The translations under genes and the position numbers were made by a program. Below are positions 16,281-26,757 of a stretch of DNA of 52,965 nucleotides, piece by piece. The stretch lies in the IMG/VR virus record IMGVR_UViG_3300028743_000008, positions 1 through 52,965 of that record. One strand, 5' to 3'. Position 1 is the first letter of the stretch, and each line of letters opens with the position of its first letter. A model generated the notes under the pieces. The model saw nothing but the letters and a program-made list of their open reading frames with translations, was not told the DNA's origin and searched no databases. This DNA comes from a virus (Duplodnaviria; Caudoviricetes).

Positions 16281-16334
16281 GATAAATCTGCCTCCTCACG
16301 AAGAGTAATGGGAGGGGCCTAAAAATTAAAAGTT

Positions 16335-17447
16335 ATGAGTTTAATATTAACTAGAATCCAGAACTTCCGCGAGAAGAGTAATCTGGATAAAAATGAAAGC
16401 AGGCCTTCCCGTTACGGAGCGTTTGATGCGTTCGCGCTTCAAAATCAGATGCCTAACAGCATTCTGACAGACGCGCTAAAGGCAACCGCGCAAAGATCAA
16501 TGGGAACGATCCTTGAGACTCCTGTAGTAGACTACGATGGCGCAGTTACTATCGGGAACGCTAGAACCTTGGAGATTGCGGACAGTGAGAATACTTCTCA
16601 CATGGTACAATTCACCTTTGCCACTTTGGCTTGGGGATTTACTATGGTTCCGGTACTTTATCAGAACAACGAGTACAACGCACAAGAGGATTTCAACAAG
16701 AAGTTCTTGAAGTATTTGTACAAATTGGCTGCTACTCTTGATACCTCAGCTCTTGCCGCTTTGGCAGCCGCTAAGACTCAAGTCATTAATAACGGTCTGC
16801 TTTATGACAAAACAGGAGCCATTATCAATGCTAAATGGACTGAACGTGAAAACGTCTTAGGCGATTTAGGTGTAATCATGGAGGCTAATGACTTCTACGA
16901 TCCCCTTGATATTGTTTCCGACGCTGGTATCGAAAGTATTGTGAAGAACTTGACAAAAGAGGGCACTTACAACGACATCAACAAAACCATTGAGTATGCG
17001 GATAAGAGATTCCACTACACCAATCGCTTTGGTGCTGACGCTACTAAGTATGCTCAAGGATACGCGATCGCACAGGGCTCTTTGGGCTTATTGTTCCGCT
17101 TCGAACGTGAGGCAGTTGCCAAAACTAAGATGGCTGACGGAACCGAGTGGGACGTTACCAATCTTCCATTGCTGAACATTCCTGTAGGAACCTATTATTA
17201 CGAAGACAAGGGTAACTATTCTGCTATTGCGGGCGCCGCTTCTGCTGATATGGACCGTGTGCGTAAAGAACATTATGGCTTTGCCGTTGATGTTTGTTTC
17301 GTAACTCCGTACAACAGCGACATCACTACAAGACCTAATCCTATTTTGGCCTTCAACGTGAGCAACGTTAACGCAAGTTATGCTAAACCTGTGGTTGTTG
17401 TTAACTCTACTACAAATCCTGTTAACACTAAAGAGGTAGCAGCTTAA
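16335..17447 (+). CDS. Major capsid protein
   Basis: 370 aa after the scaffold, followed by a strong hairpin; N-terminus resembles B40-8-like Bacteroides phage capsid proteins as I recall them. Confidence 0.85.
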   Translation: MSLILTRIQNFREKSNLDKNESRPSRYGAFDAFALQNQMPNSILTDALKATAQRSMGTILETPVVDYDGAVTIGNARTLEIADSENTSHMVQFTFATLAWGFTMVPVLYQNNEYNAQEDFNKKFLKYLYKLAATLDTSALAALAAAKTQVINNGLLYDKTGAIINAKWTERENVLGDLGVIMEANDFYDPLDIVSDAGIESIVKNLTKEGTYNDINKTIEYADKRFHYTNRFGADATKYAQGYAIAQGSLGLLFRFEREAVAKTKMADGTEWDVTNLPLLNIPVGTYYYEDKGNYSAIAGAASADMDRVRKEHYGFAVDVCFVTPYNSDITTRPNPILAFNVSNVNASYAKPVVVVNSTTNPVNTKEVAA

Positions 17448-17481
17448 AAGGAACTTAGGAACTTTGGTTTCATCATAGATG

Positions 17482-17530
17482 AGGAGTTATGGCTTATGAC
17501 GGTTGTGTCGGCCGTAACTCCTTTGATTTT
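17482..17530 (+). terminator. Intrinsic terminator after the capsid gene
   Basis: AGGAGTTATGGC...GCCGTAACTCCT stem followed by TTGATTTTT. Confidence 0.75.
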
Positions 17531-17553
17531 TGTAGCCAATAACAAAAGCAAAA

Positions 17554-18852
17554 ATGATAAGAACTACAGATTTAATAGAGTCTTTTTCTGGGCTCATAGG
17601 ATGGCAACCCGATTATTCGATTCCCATTTCTCCGGTCCTTTCAAGCGAAGTTTCGGCTAGCAGCTCGGGCTTGTATTTTAATGGTGTGCATCCTTTGCTC
17701 ACCCTAAAAAATCTATCAAGTATTGCTCCTAATTTCAGTAGCATTTCTGTGGATTTATATAGCGCTGAAAAAGCCTATGTCGCTAAAGCTATTGTCTCGA
17801 AGGACTCTAATATCTATAAGGCCACTGAAAATGTTCTAGTTGGAGAGATACCGGGGGTGAGTAGTAAGTGGATGCCCACTAGTTTATTCTCCGAATGGCT
17901 TCAAGGAAAAACGGAAGGTAGTATTCGAAAGATGATATTTGCTTATTATAACGACAAGCTCGCTAGTAAGACACATAAAACCATCTTAGAGAATAAAGCT
18001 CTATTCGATAGTACGGGCAGACTCGTGGATACTATTGTCAATAACAATAATATCGTGGGGCTTGAGATCAATCAAGTTCGATCTAAGAGTGTTACTCTCA
18101 AAGTAAACTCTATCACTTTGCAGACTGACGGGACGGGTACTATTACGTTAAGTATATACCATTCTTCGAAGTATGATCCGGTGAAAGTACTGACCTTGGA
18201 AAAGACGCAACGAGGCGTTCAGGCGTTTCCGCAGACGGATTTATATCTTCCCTATGAGGCAGACGGTATTACTGCGGGGGGCAGCTACTATATGACTTAT
18301 AAGCAGTCGGAATTGGCGGGGGATAATCAGAAAGCTATTAATAAGGCTTTTGATTGGACTAACGGACCTTGTACTACTTGTTCTCGAAGAGATTATGTTT
18401 CCTGGGCACAGTGGTCTAAGTTTCTTGAGATAACCCCCTTCTATGCCGCTGAGACCTATCAAACGGGAACTGATCTTTGGGATGTCGAGAAGAACATCAT
18501 GTCTTTGGATAAGAACTACGGTTTGAATCTCGACATAACACTTCAATGCGATATAACCAATATGCTTATCAAGCAGAAAGACCTATTTATTGATGCCCTA
18601 TCTAAACAGGTGGCCATTGATATGCTTCGTGAGTTTGCATACAATGCAAATGTTAGGATCAACGCTAATTCTATTAACGTAGGAAAGACAGAGATTTTAT
18701 ATGAACTTGATGGGGATTCGACTTCGATGAAGAAGTCCGGTCTGAATTATCAATTGAATGAGGCTCTCAAGTCGGTTAAGATAGAGACAGAAGGATTAGA
18801 CAGAATATGTCTGCCTTGTAGAAACAATGGAATAACGTATCATTCGATATGA
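17554..18852 (+). CDS. Virion structural protein (head-tail adaptor/neck candidate)
   Basis: 432 aa directly after the capsid gene; contains a small YSAEKAY..IVSKDSNIYKA..W insert resembling a CBM5/12-like module. Confidence 0.6.
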   Translation: MIRTTDLIESFSGLIGWQPDYSIPISPVLSSEVSASSSGLYFNGVHPLLTLKNLSSIAPNFSSISVDLYSAEKAYVAKAIVSKDSNIYKATENVLVGEIPGVSSKWMPTSLFSEWLQGKTEGSIRKMIFAYYNDKLASKTHKTILENKALFDSTGRLVDTIVNNNNIVGLEINQVRSKSVTLKVNSITLQTDGTGTITLSIYHSSKYDPVKVLTLEKTQRGVQAFPQTDLYLPYEADGITAGGSYYMTYKQSELAGDNQKAINKAFDWTNGPCTTCSRRDYVSWAQWSKFLEITPFYAAETYQTGTDLWDVEKNIMSLDKNYGLNLDITLQCDITNMLIKQKDLFIDALSKQVAIDMLREFAYNANVRINANSINVGKTEILYELDGDSTSMKKSGLNYQLNEALKSVKIETEGLDRICLPCRNNGITYHSI

Positions 18853-19319
18853 GCAACGGGTTAGACGAACTGATAGTCAATATGATAGCCTATCGGGATC
18901 AGATAGAGGATTTTGTCGCAGAAGAGATCAAAGAGGATGAAGCTTTGATATGTGATATGAACTCGCAAGAGCAGCTATATGATAAGGGCGTAAATGCGGA
19001 TGGTCAGGACATATTTGGCTACGCCCCTTATCGCCCTGAGACTATAAGTAGAAAGGCCTCTGAGGGGCAGCCTACTGACAGGGTTACCCTAAAAGATACG
19101 GGGGCCTTTTATCGGTCTTTCTATATAATCTTTGGGGTCGATAGCTTCTATATTACTGCGTCTGACCCTCTTACTCAAACTTTGTCGACAAAATATAGTG
19201 ATAATTCAGAAAAAGATAATATCTTTGGACTCACTAACGAGAATATGTTAATCCTAAGTAGAGAATACGTTCTTCCCTATCTCCTAAATAGATTGAGGGA
19301 ACGCTTTAATTTAAGATAG
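18849..19319 (+). CDS. Neck/tail completion protein
   Basis: RVTLKDTGAFYRSF motif typical of virion morphogenesis proteins; position. Confidence 0.65.
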   Translation: MSNGLDELIVNMIAYRDQIEDFVAEEIKEDEALICDMNSQEQLYDKGVNADGQDIFGYAPYRPETISRKASEGQPTDRVTLKDTGAFYRSFYIIFGVDSFYITASDPLTQTLSTKYSDNSEKDNIFGLTNENMLILSREYVLPYLLNRLRERFNLR

Positions 19320-19320
19320 T

Positions 19321-19917
19321 ATGAATGAGGTAACCATTACTAATCCGGTATTGATCGACGGTCTCCTTTACGAGATTAACGATAACCTAAAGAAGCGTTT
19401 GATCTGGTTGAATGCGGCGTTTGGAAAGGCGTATAAACTGCAAACCAGAATCAATTGGAATACTTTTGATGTGCCCCATAAATTACAGGAGACGAACTAT
19501 ACCTACCCGGCGGTTCATATTGCCGGAGAAGAATATATGTCGGTCTTACCTAATGACAACATAGGTAATTTCTCTTTCTTCCACATATATGACCCTCAGA
19601 CTGTGGCCACTGTTTCTGCCATGCAGAACCTTTCCCTTACGGGGGCCTTGGTATTTTGGATTAAGTATGACACGATATATGAAGATGGGGAACTAAATAC
19701 CGAGGTATTAAAGAAAGAAATTCTTAATGCACTTACAAGCATGCCCCTGCGAAAGGGGGGAATTAAAGTGACTTCGGTTTCGGAGCGCCTAGAAAGTGTA
19801 TATAAGGAATATAACTTTGAAAAATATAGTCAGGCTACTTTGGATAAGAAATATTTGATGTTTCCTTATTGTGGGCTGCGCTTTGAACTGACATTAAAAA
19901 CCAGAGAATTATGTTGA
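19321..19917 (+). CDS. Probable tail terminator/completion protein
   Basis: 198 aa; synteny only. Confidence 0.5.
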   Translation: MNEVTITNPVLIDGLLYEINDNLKKRLIWLNAAFGKAYKLQTRINWNTFDVPHKLQETNYTYPAVHIAGEEYMSVLPNDNIGNFSFFHIYDPQTVATVSAMQNLSLTGALVFWIKYDTIYEDGELNTEVLKKEILNALTSMPLRKGGIKVTSVSERLESVYKEYNFEKYSQATLDKKYLMFPYCGLRFELTLKTRELC

Positions 19918-20168
19918 ATATATTAGAAGGAGTAATCGTTACGGCTTTGACTAGTTCCTTTTTGATATTGCTAATAGCAAAGACAGGAATCAGAAACAAG
20001 GTCATTGAGAAAGCGCCCAGATTAATATCCGAGTTATTTTCATGCGACTTCTGTTTGTCCTTTTGGACTTCCCTAATGGCCTCGATAGTATTGTTCTATC
20101 CGACCGGGCTTTATGGGATTATTCTGTGTGCGATATGTTCAACACCTATATGCCGAATACTATTATGA
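19911..20168 (+). CDS. Small membrane protein, DUF1360-like
   Basis: Hydrophobic helices and LFSCDFCLSFW motif. Confidence 0.65.
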   Translation: MLNILEGVIVTALTSSFLILLIAKTGIRNKVIEKAPRLISELFSCDFCLSFWTSLMASIVLFYPTGLYGIILCAICSTPICRILL

Positions 20169-20929
20169 AGAATTTAACGCTAGGTACGAAAATAATAACC
20201 GTTTACGATAGCATTGATGAGATGCCGATTGCAAACTTTCAGAAGTACAATAAGTATCTCCTGATTGATTCGGGCATAGGCTCGGATGTGGATAGCTTGA
20301 ATGACCACATCCAACGGATAGCCAAATTGATAAATGCAGGTAATAAGGAGTTTGCAATAAAAGAGTTACAGAACATGAGGCAAAATATAGCTATGATAAA
20401 TAGCGAAATATCACCTCAGTATTTGGCCTTCACCGCATTAATACATAGTATCGACGGAAAAAAGAACGAGGACCTCTCCGATGATCATCTTAAGGAGGTA
20501 CTTAAGGAAATAAACAAGGTTAGTCACAGTAGTTTATTGAGTTTTCTCAGTAGATTTAAAAAAAAAATAGACCTAGAGCTAGCAACTTACTTTAAAGAGT
20601 TTGATGACAACCCTATGGAAAAGGAGGCTTATGATAAGATCAAAGAGAGAACGCTTCTTGTATTGGACGGCATAAAAACTGAAAAAGATAATACCGAAAA
20701 GATAGATAAGATCGACGAGTATCTCTTTGGTCTTTATAGGCCAAATACCTTCGTAGGACGAAACTCTATAGAGGTCAAATATGATAAGAACTTCGAGGCT
20801 TCAAGGTGTACGATAAGTCAGAGATTCAACGGGATGAGTACGGAGGATATGACAGTCTTACAATTTTTCAATGCCATCGAATTAATTAAAAGGCAGATTG
20901 ACGAGGAACGTAAGTCCCTGAAAAAATAA
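20165..20929 (+). CDS. Probable tail assembly chaperone (start MKNLTLG)
   Basis: Immediately upstream of the tape measure gene; central A10 run; ATG overlaps the upstream stop. Confidence 0.6.
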   Translation: MKNLTLGTKIITVYDSIDEMPIANFQKYNKYLLIDSGIGSDVDSLNDHIQRIAKLINAGNKEFAIKELQNMRQNIAMINSEISPQYLAFTALIHSIDGKKNEDLSDDHLKEVLKEINKVSHSSLLSFLSRFKKKIDLELATYFKEFDDNPMEKEAYDKIKERTLLVLDGIKTEKDNTEKIDKIDEYLFGLYRPNTFVGRNSIEVKYDKNFEASRCTISQRFNGMSTEDMTVLQFFNAIELIKRQIDEERKSLKK

Positions 20930-20934
20930 ATATA

Positions 20935-23900
20935 ATGGACCCTGTAAAATATTCAGACCTGATTCAACCGGACGACTCCCTAACTGAGTTCATCCGCCTG
21001 GCTGGGGAAGTAAAGACTTCTTTGGTAGACTTACAAAGCACGGTTAAAAGGAGTGCCGAGGAAACAGCTACGTCGCTAAAGAAGACTAGTGGAGCAACCG
21101 CGGAGGGGCGCCAGGAGATTAAGAAGTCTACTGACGAAGCGTCTCGTTTGTCTAGGGCTCAAAAGGAATTGGCCTTAGCCACTTCCGACGTAGGTGCTAA
21201 GATACAGGAGCTTAAGGTTCTTACGGCTCAGGCAAACTCTGAGAACAGAACGATGGCGCAGTATGTAAATACTACGTCTACTTCGTATGCCAATATGAAG
21301 GCGGAGCTAAAAGCCGCTAAAGACGAGTTAGCGGGGATGTCCGCTCAGCAAGTTATCAGTTCGACCCAGGCCTCTCAGTTAATAGCCAGGGTTCTACAAC
21401 TGCAAAGTGGGATAAAAGACTTCGACGAGATGTTACGTCAACAAGTGGTGACGCAAAAAGAGGCTAATCAGACTAGTAGTGAAGCCACGTCGCTTAATGC
21501 GGCCAGAACCTCCGAGTTAGCTAAGCAGATCGCCCTTGAAGAAAGGCTAGCCTATGCTAAATCCGACGAGAATAGGCAGTCTATGCTTCTCAACGCTCAG
21601 ATAAGGGAGGCAACACAGGTCTCTAAGTTGGAGGCTACGATCAACTCCGAAAAAGAGGGATCGTATAATAGCCTTAGCGCACAATACAGTTTGAATAAGA
21701 TACGTCTTAATGCGATGTCCGATGAGGAACGTAAGAACGTAGCAACAGGTGGCCAACTTGAGAAGCAGACACTTGCGATAAGGGAGTCTATGATTAAGAT
21801 GCAGGAGGCTACGGGAATGCACACATTATCCGTCGGCAACTATGGCAAAGCTTGGGACGGCCTCGGGATGTCCGTCAATCAGATAGTCAGGGAACTACCT
21901 TCCGCTGCCATTTCTATGAATACCTTTTTCTTGGCGATCTCTAATAACGTCCCCATCATGGTGGACGAGATTCAGAGATTACGTATGCAGAATAAAGCGG
22001 CTATTGCAGAGGGAAAGCCGACGTCAAGTGTTGTAGGAGGGATCGCGAGTTCTTTGTTTAGTATGAACACTATGCTTATCCTTGTACTTACTGCTTTCAG
22101 TATGTATGGTAAACAGATAGTAGACTTTGTAGGTAGTCTTGCTGCCGGGGATTTGGGTATACTAACTATGCGAAAGGAGTTGGCCAATCTTCAAGACGAG
22201 TTAGCTAATGATACCTCTTACGGATCGCAAGTTACAAAGATAAAAAGTTTATCAGCCGAATGGAAAGCCCTAGCGGGAGACGCTAAGGGACAAAAACAAT
22301 GGATATATGATAATCAGAGTGAGTTTAAGAACTTGAATGTCTCTGTGCTCAACGTAAATGAGGCTTATAATGTATTCGTTAAAAATACAGCGGCGGTCAT
22401 AGAGTCCCTGGCACTGAGGGCTAAAGCTACCGCGGCCATGAACTTGGCTTCTAAATCGTACGAGAGTGCAATGATCAAGAAAAACGAGGAGGATTTAGAA
22501 AAAATAAACGGAAAGCCCTGGTACAAAAAGGCTCTTTCCTTCGCTATATCCTCCACACGAAATGCTTTCGGAAGCAAACACGGATCGTATGCGGAAGCGG
22601 ATAAGACTGTCGCCAATCTTTTTGGGGGAACTAGCAAAGAACTAGAGTCTGAGGGAGATAAGTACATAAAGCTATTTCAGAAGTATACGGATCAAGCCGA
22701 CAATATCCTTAGTGGCGCCGGGATAGATACGAGTCACAGAACTCCGAAAAAGGCGAAAGCCCCTAAGAAGTTAACGGACGAAACTATACCGATTATGCAG
22801 ACTTCCGCCTCCGTGCAGAAGAAGTACGAGGAGAGTATCACCGCTTTGGAGAGAGACGAGTTCGTTAAGCGTCGCCAGGAAGCAATGAATACCTATAATT
22901 CGGAGACCAGAGAGCTAGGCATAACTTACGAAAAGAATAAGAAGATACTTAATGATGGAGGTAAGCACTATAAGAAGCTAAGTAAAGAACAGATTGCCAC
23001 GCTTAATGCCACGCAGAATACGATCGTTGAGACAGTTAAGAATAAGCAATTACTTGTTACTAAGAACCTTGAGGACATCGAAAAAGATCGCCAGGTATCT
23101 TTGCTACAGATTGATGAACAAACGACTAATTTACAACTTGAGACCACTAAAAAGGGATCGGAGCAAGAGCTTAAGTTAAAGCAGAAACTGTTGAATATAG
23201 AGATGCAGATCGCTATTATTCAGAATAGTAAGAAAGCGCCGGATCAGCAATTATACGAGGGCGATATTATATCTAGCTATCAGCAAAAGGGAAATGAACT
23301 TACGGGCAGTACTAAGTTAGACGCTTTTTCCGAGCAGCAGACTGTAGACGCTAACGTCTTCAATGAGGTTCAGCGTAACGAGTACCAGGTGAATAAGTTC
23401 AAGTTAGCTCAGGAAAAAGCCCTTTGGGAGGAGAAACTTGAGTTGGCGAAGAATGGTCAGCTTAAGATGTCCGATGCCGAAAAGGACGCCGCGGTAGCTG
23501 CTATTAAAGATATAGATAAGGAGTCAAAGAAACTCGATAAGAATAGTAGCATACTTGACAAATTAGGTTTTACTACGGATCAGCAGTCCACACTTAAAAC
23601 GGTGGCTAAGGAAACGTTAACACAGCTAAGTAACATACTTCAATCTGATACGGAGCTCGCTCAAGTAGAGGTAGATACCGCTTCGAAAAAGACGCAAGCC
23701 GCTCAATCTACTTATGACGCTGAGGTTACGGCCCGGGCTAACGGGTACGCCAACAACGTGGCCACAGCTAAGAAGCAACTCGAGACGGATAAGAAGAACC
23801 AGAAAGAGAAAGAGAAACTGTTAGTGGAGTCTCAGAATAGGCAAGAGGCCCTGAACACTATTACGCAAACGTCTTCTTTGATTACGGCTTCGGCTGAATT

Positions 23901-24429
23901 ATGGAAGGCCTTTGCTACGATTCCTATCCTTGGCCCGGCTTTGGCCATTGCGGCTATAGGAACCATGTGGACGAGTTTTGCGGTAGCCAAAGTCAAAGCA
24001 AGGCAAGTTACCAAAGCTCAGGCAAACGCGAGCACTTCATACGGGGAGGGAGGTCTTGAGTTCCTTGAGGGCGGATCGCACAGTTCGGGAAACGACATAC
24101 CAATAGGTCGTAACCGTAAAGGTATGCGCAAAGCAGAAGGGGGAGAGGCTTTGGCCGTTATCAATAAACGAAACACTAACAAGTACAGAAAAGTACTTCC
24201 GGATGTTATTAAAGCTTTTAACAGGGGTGTGTTCGAAGAGAAATACGGAAATATTTTTGATAAGTCCGGGCAAAATATTAATCTGGTAGTTAATAGCAGA
24301 ACGGATGTATCAAGAATAGAAAACTCGCTAGTAGAAATAAAGAAACAGAACGCCTCTAAGATTTATACGCTTCCCGACGGAACGGTAATAGAGATCAGGG
24401 GCAATGTGAAAAGAATAATAAGAGGATAA
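20935..24429 (+). CDS. Tail tape measure protein
   Basis: 1164 aa, A/Q/K/E-rich coiled coil, SVGNY motif, hydrophobic segments, IPILGPALAIAAI near the C-terminus. Confidence 0.9.
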   Translation: MDPVKYSDLIQPDDSLTEFIRLAGEVKTSLVDLQSTVKRSAEETATSLKKTSGATAEGRQEIKKSTDEASRLSRAQKELALATSDVGAKIQELKVLTAQANSENRTMAQYVNTTSTSYANMKAELKAAKDELAGMSAQQVISSTQASQLIARVLQLQSGIKDFDEMLRQQVVTQKEANQTSSEATSLNAARTSELAKQIALEERLAYAKSDENRQSMLLNAQIREATQVSKLEATINSEKEGSYNSLSAQYSLNKIRLNAMSDEERKNVATGGQLEKQTLAIRESMIKMQEATGMHTLSVGNYGKAWDGLGMSVNQIVRELPSAAISMNTFFLAISNNVPIMVDEIQRLRMQNKAAIAEGKPTSSVVGGIASSLFSMNTMLILVLTAFSMYGKQIVDFVGSLAAGDLGILTMRKELANLQDELANDTSYGSQVTKIKSLSAEWKALAGDAKGQKQWIYDNQSEFKNLNVSVLNVNEAYNVFVKNTAAVIESLALRAKATAAMNLASKSYESAMIKKNEEDLEKINGKPWYKKALSFAISSTRNAFGSKHGSYAEADKTVANLFGGTSKELESEGDKYIKLFQKYTDQADNILSGAGIDTSHRTPKKAKAPKKLTDETIPIMQTSASVQKKYEESITALERDEFVKRRQEAMNTYNSETRELGITYEKNKKILNDGGKHYKKLSKEQIATLNATQNTIVETVKNKQLLVTKNLEDIEKDRQVSLLQIDEQTTNLQLETTKKGSEQELKLKQKLLNIEMQIAIIQNSKKAPDQQLYEGDIISSYQQKGNELTGSTKLDAFSEQQTVDANVFNEVQRNEYQVNKFKLAQEKALWEEKLELAKNGQLKMSDAEKDAAVAAIKDIDKESKKLDKNSSILDKLGFTTDQQSTLKTVAKETLTQLSNILQSDTELAQVEVDTASKKTQAAQSTYDAEVTARANGYANNVATAKKQLETDKKNQKEKEKLLVESQNRQEALNTITQTSSLITASAELWKAFATIPILGPALAIAAIGTMWTSFAVAKVKARQVTKAQANASTSYGEGGLEFLEGGSHSSGNDIPIGRNRKGMRKAEGGEALAVINKRNTNKYRKVLPDVIKAFNRGVFEEKYGNIFDKSGQNINLVVNSRTDVSRIENSLVEIKKQNASKIYTLPDGTVIEIRGNVKRIIRG

Positions 24430-24434
24430 GGATA

Positions 24435-26693
24435 ATGAAGATACCTAAATATCAATTCTATATAAGGGAGTACACCGATGTAAATGATACGGTTTATACG
24501 GATACTCTTGTTTCGCCTGTATACAACGCCATGAATAAGAAAGTGACACGAGAGAGTAGCCAGATGTTTTTTAGGTCTACCATAAGTGGCACTATTAAAT
24601 TGGAGGGCCTGGACTTCACGGTAATGAGGAATACTAGTATTAATCATGACCTCGAGTTCAGGATATACAAGTTGAATGAAGATTCAAACGTCTATGAGGA
24701 ATATTATGTAGGTATATTCAATAAGACCGATTGTACTTTTGACTACGATAAAAAGCAATGTACTCTGGGTTTTGATACGCATGACAATTATACTAATATT
24801 CTCCTTGAGTATAGTAATTCCTATGATCTAATTAAACTAGGATGCGCGACCTCTAAGCTTACCCTACACAAGCGCCCTATTATACAATTCTACGAGTCCG
24901 GCGGTTCTGTGTTATCTAATTTCTGTGGGGGCTACTATTGGGAAACGGACGTAGCCACTTCGGAGGATGATGTTGATACCCTCGAGAATACTTACTTCTT
25001 TGCCCCTCGAAAGTCCCTTGCCGAAATAACGGTAAAGGGAGCAACGGAGCCAAAGGTCAACGGGGTATACGGAACTCTATACACCTATTTTACATATTTT
25101 GGTTCGGACCGTCTGCATACTAACGATGATTCGTATTATATGAAATGGGGATGGAGCACAGCTACGTCTAGTGTCACTCTACAGATTGTATTCAATCCAA
25201 CACCAGACACTTCTACCTTTGAAACTGTATTGTATGCAGGCACCTTCGTGAATACGGATGATCTATGGGATAATGATTTAACTTTGACTAACCCGAATAA
25301 CACTTCGGACAAGGTTACGGTAACCAATTTCCTTCAACACACTATGTATGCGCGCTTGATATTTAGTGATAACGTGACGGGAAGTACCGTTCATGATGTA
25401 CCGTCAAACGACATTATAGACACTAATTTAAACTACCCGAAGTGTTCACCTTTTACAGGTGGCGATTTCTATTGTTCTCCTTTCACGGAGGACATAAATA
25501 GGGGCTACGGGGCAAACGATCTAGGGGATTATTTCTCTCCAAATAAGCTTTTGACGATTTATCCTAAGATAGAGAGGCCTATACCATTATGTCAGGGGGG
25601 ATGGGGAAATGCTTCATTATGGTTTAACTATGGTACGGACTACATGACTACCGATCTAGCTTACCGAAAGACATATACGATGAAGGATGCCTTTTTTATT
25701 GCGGACGTAATTAAAGCATACTTGAAAAAGATAGCGCCGGACATAACGCACGAGGCTACTACTACGTATAGTCAGTTTCTCTATGGGGATACCGACCCCC
25801 TGGCCCTGGATAAGTTCTACCTGTTCATTACTCAAAAGACTAATATACTTGAAGGGGAATACGATCAGGCGGCTCAGAAAGCGCCCTTTACCTTTGAGAG
25901 TTTAATGGAGATGCTTCGCGATTGCTTTCGTTGCTATTGGTTTATCGACGATGATAAACGATTTCGTGTCGAGCATATAAGTTGGTTCATGAATGGCGGA
26001 AGCTACACAAACGATATTAAATCAATATCCATTGATACGACGGCTCTCAAGGATGCCTTTAACGGAAAGACTTTCTCCTTCATGCAGAATACGGCAACAT
26101 ATAGTAAAGACAATCTTTATAGGCGCGTAGAGTTTTCCTGGGGTGATAAAGCTGCCGAACCTTTCTTAGGCATATACATAAAGATGTTATCTAAGTATCT
26201 GAGTACTATTTCGGGGGTTAATTCGCTAAGTATATCGGATTTCACGCCGGACGTGGACTACATGTTATCTAGTCCCTCCTCATTCTCTTCTGACGGGTTT
26301 GCTCTACTGTGCCCGATAAAAAATACTGATGGGACCTTTGAGGTCCCAATCTCTGAGATCAGCTTGACTGATAGTAATGTGAATATCACGTACAAAGCTT
26401 ATGTTCAGAACGTATATGCCACCTGGGCTCACTTACTTAACTATTACCTGTACGATATGCCAGGGGATCAAGCCGAGTTCACTAACTCAGACGACACCAT
26501 AGTGCTTAGCAATACTTTGACCATAAAAGGCTTGAAGAAGTTTATGTCTCAGGATATTACGTTCAAGTCTGACATTGATCCTGACGTGAATAGCTACATT
26601 AAAACGGGGTTAGGTAACGGGCAGATAGATAGTCTTGACATTAATCTCACGACTCGAAACATAAAGGCTACATTGCTATTTGCTCCAACATAA
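24435..26693 (+). CDS. Tail tip/hub protein
   Basis: 752 aa, T/Y/D-rich, directly after the tape measure gene. Confidence 0.7.
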   Translation: MKIPKYQFYIREYTDVNDTVYTDTLVSPVYNAMNKKVTRESSQMFFRSTISGTIKLEGLDFTVMRNTSINHDLEFRIYKLNEDSNVYEEYYVGIFNKTDCTFDYDKKQCTLGFDTHDNYTNILLEYSNSYDLIKLGCATSKLTLHKRPIIQFYESGGSVLSNFCGGYYWETDVATSEDDVDTLENTYFFAPRKSLAEITVKGATEPKVNGVYGTLYTYFTYFGSDRLHTNDDSYYMKWGWSTATSSVTLQIVFNPTPDTSTFETVLYAGTFVNTDDLWDNDLTLTNPNNTSDKVTVTNFLQHTMYARLIFSDNVTGSTVHDVPSNDIIDTNLNYPKCSPFTGGDFYCSPFTEDINRGYGANDLGDYFSPNKLLTIYPKIERPIPLCQGGWGNASLWFNYGTDYMTTDLAYRKTYTMKDAFFIADVIKAYLKKIAPDITHEATTTYSQFLYGDTDPLALDKFYLFITQKTNILEGEYDQAAQKAPFTFESLMEMLRDCFRCYWFIDDDKRFRVEHISWFMNGGSYTNDIKSISIDTTALKDAFNGKTFSFMQNTATYSKDNLYRRVEFSWGDKAAEPFLGIYIKMLSKYLSTISGVNSLSISDFTPDVDYMLSSPSSFSSDGFALLCPIKNTDGTFEVPISEISLTDSNVNITYKAYVQNVYATWAHLLNYYLYDMPGDQAEFTNSDDTIVLSNTLTIKGLKKFMSQDITFKSDIDPDVNSYIKTGLGNGQIDSLDINLTTRNIKATLLFAPT

Positions 26694-26745
26694 AAATAAA
26701 ATGCTAAATTAGATTAAAATTATTTTCTTGGTAGGATAAATTGTC

Positions 26746-26753
26746 TATATTTG
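26746..26753 (+). promoter_or_regulatory. Bacteroidota -7 element just 4 nt upstream of the ATG at 26758
   Basis: TATATTTG-TGGC-ATG in an AT-rich gap. Confidence 0.55.
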
Positions 26754-26757
26754 TGGC

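Noticed and set aside
20042-20164. N-terminal extension of the tail chaperone ORF in the ORF track
   Set aside because: Overlaps the DUF1360-like gene; the ATG at 20165 couples to the upstream stop and is the more plausible start
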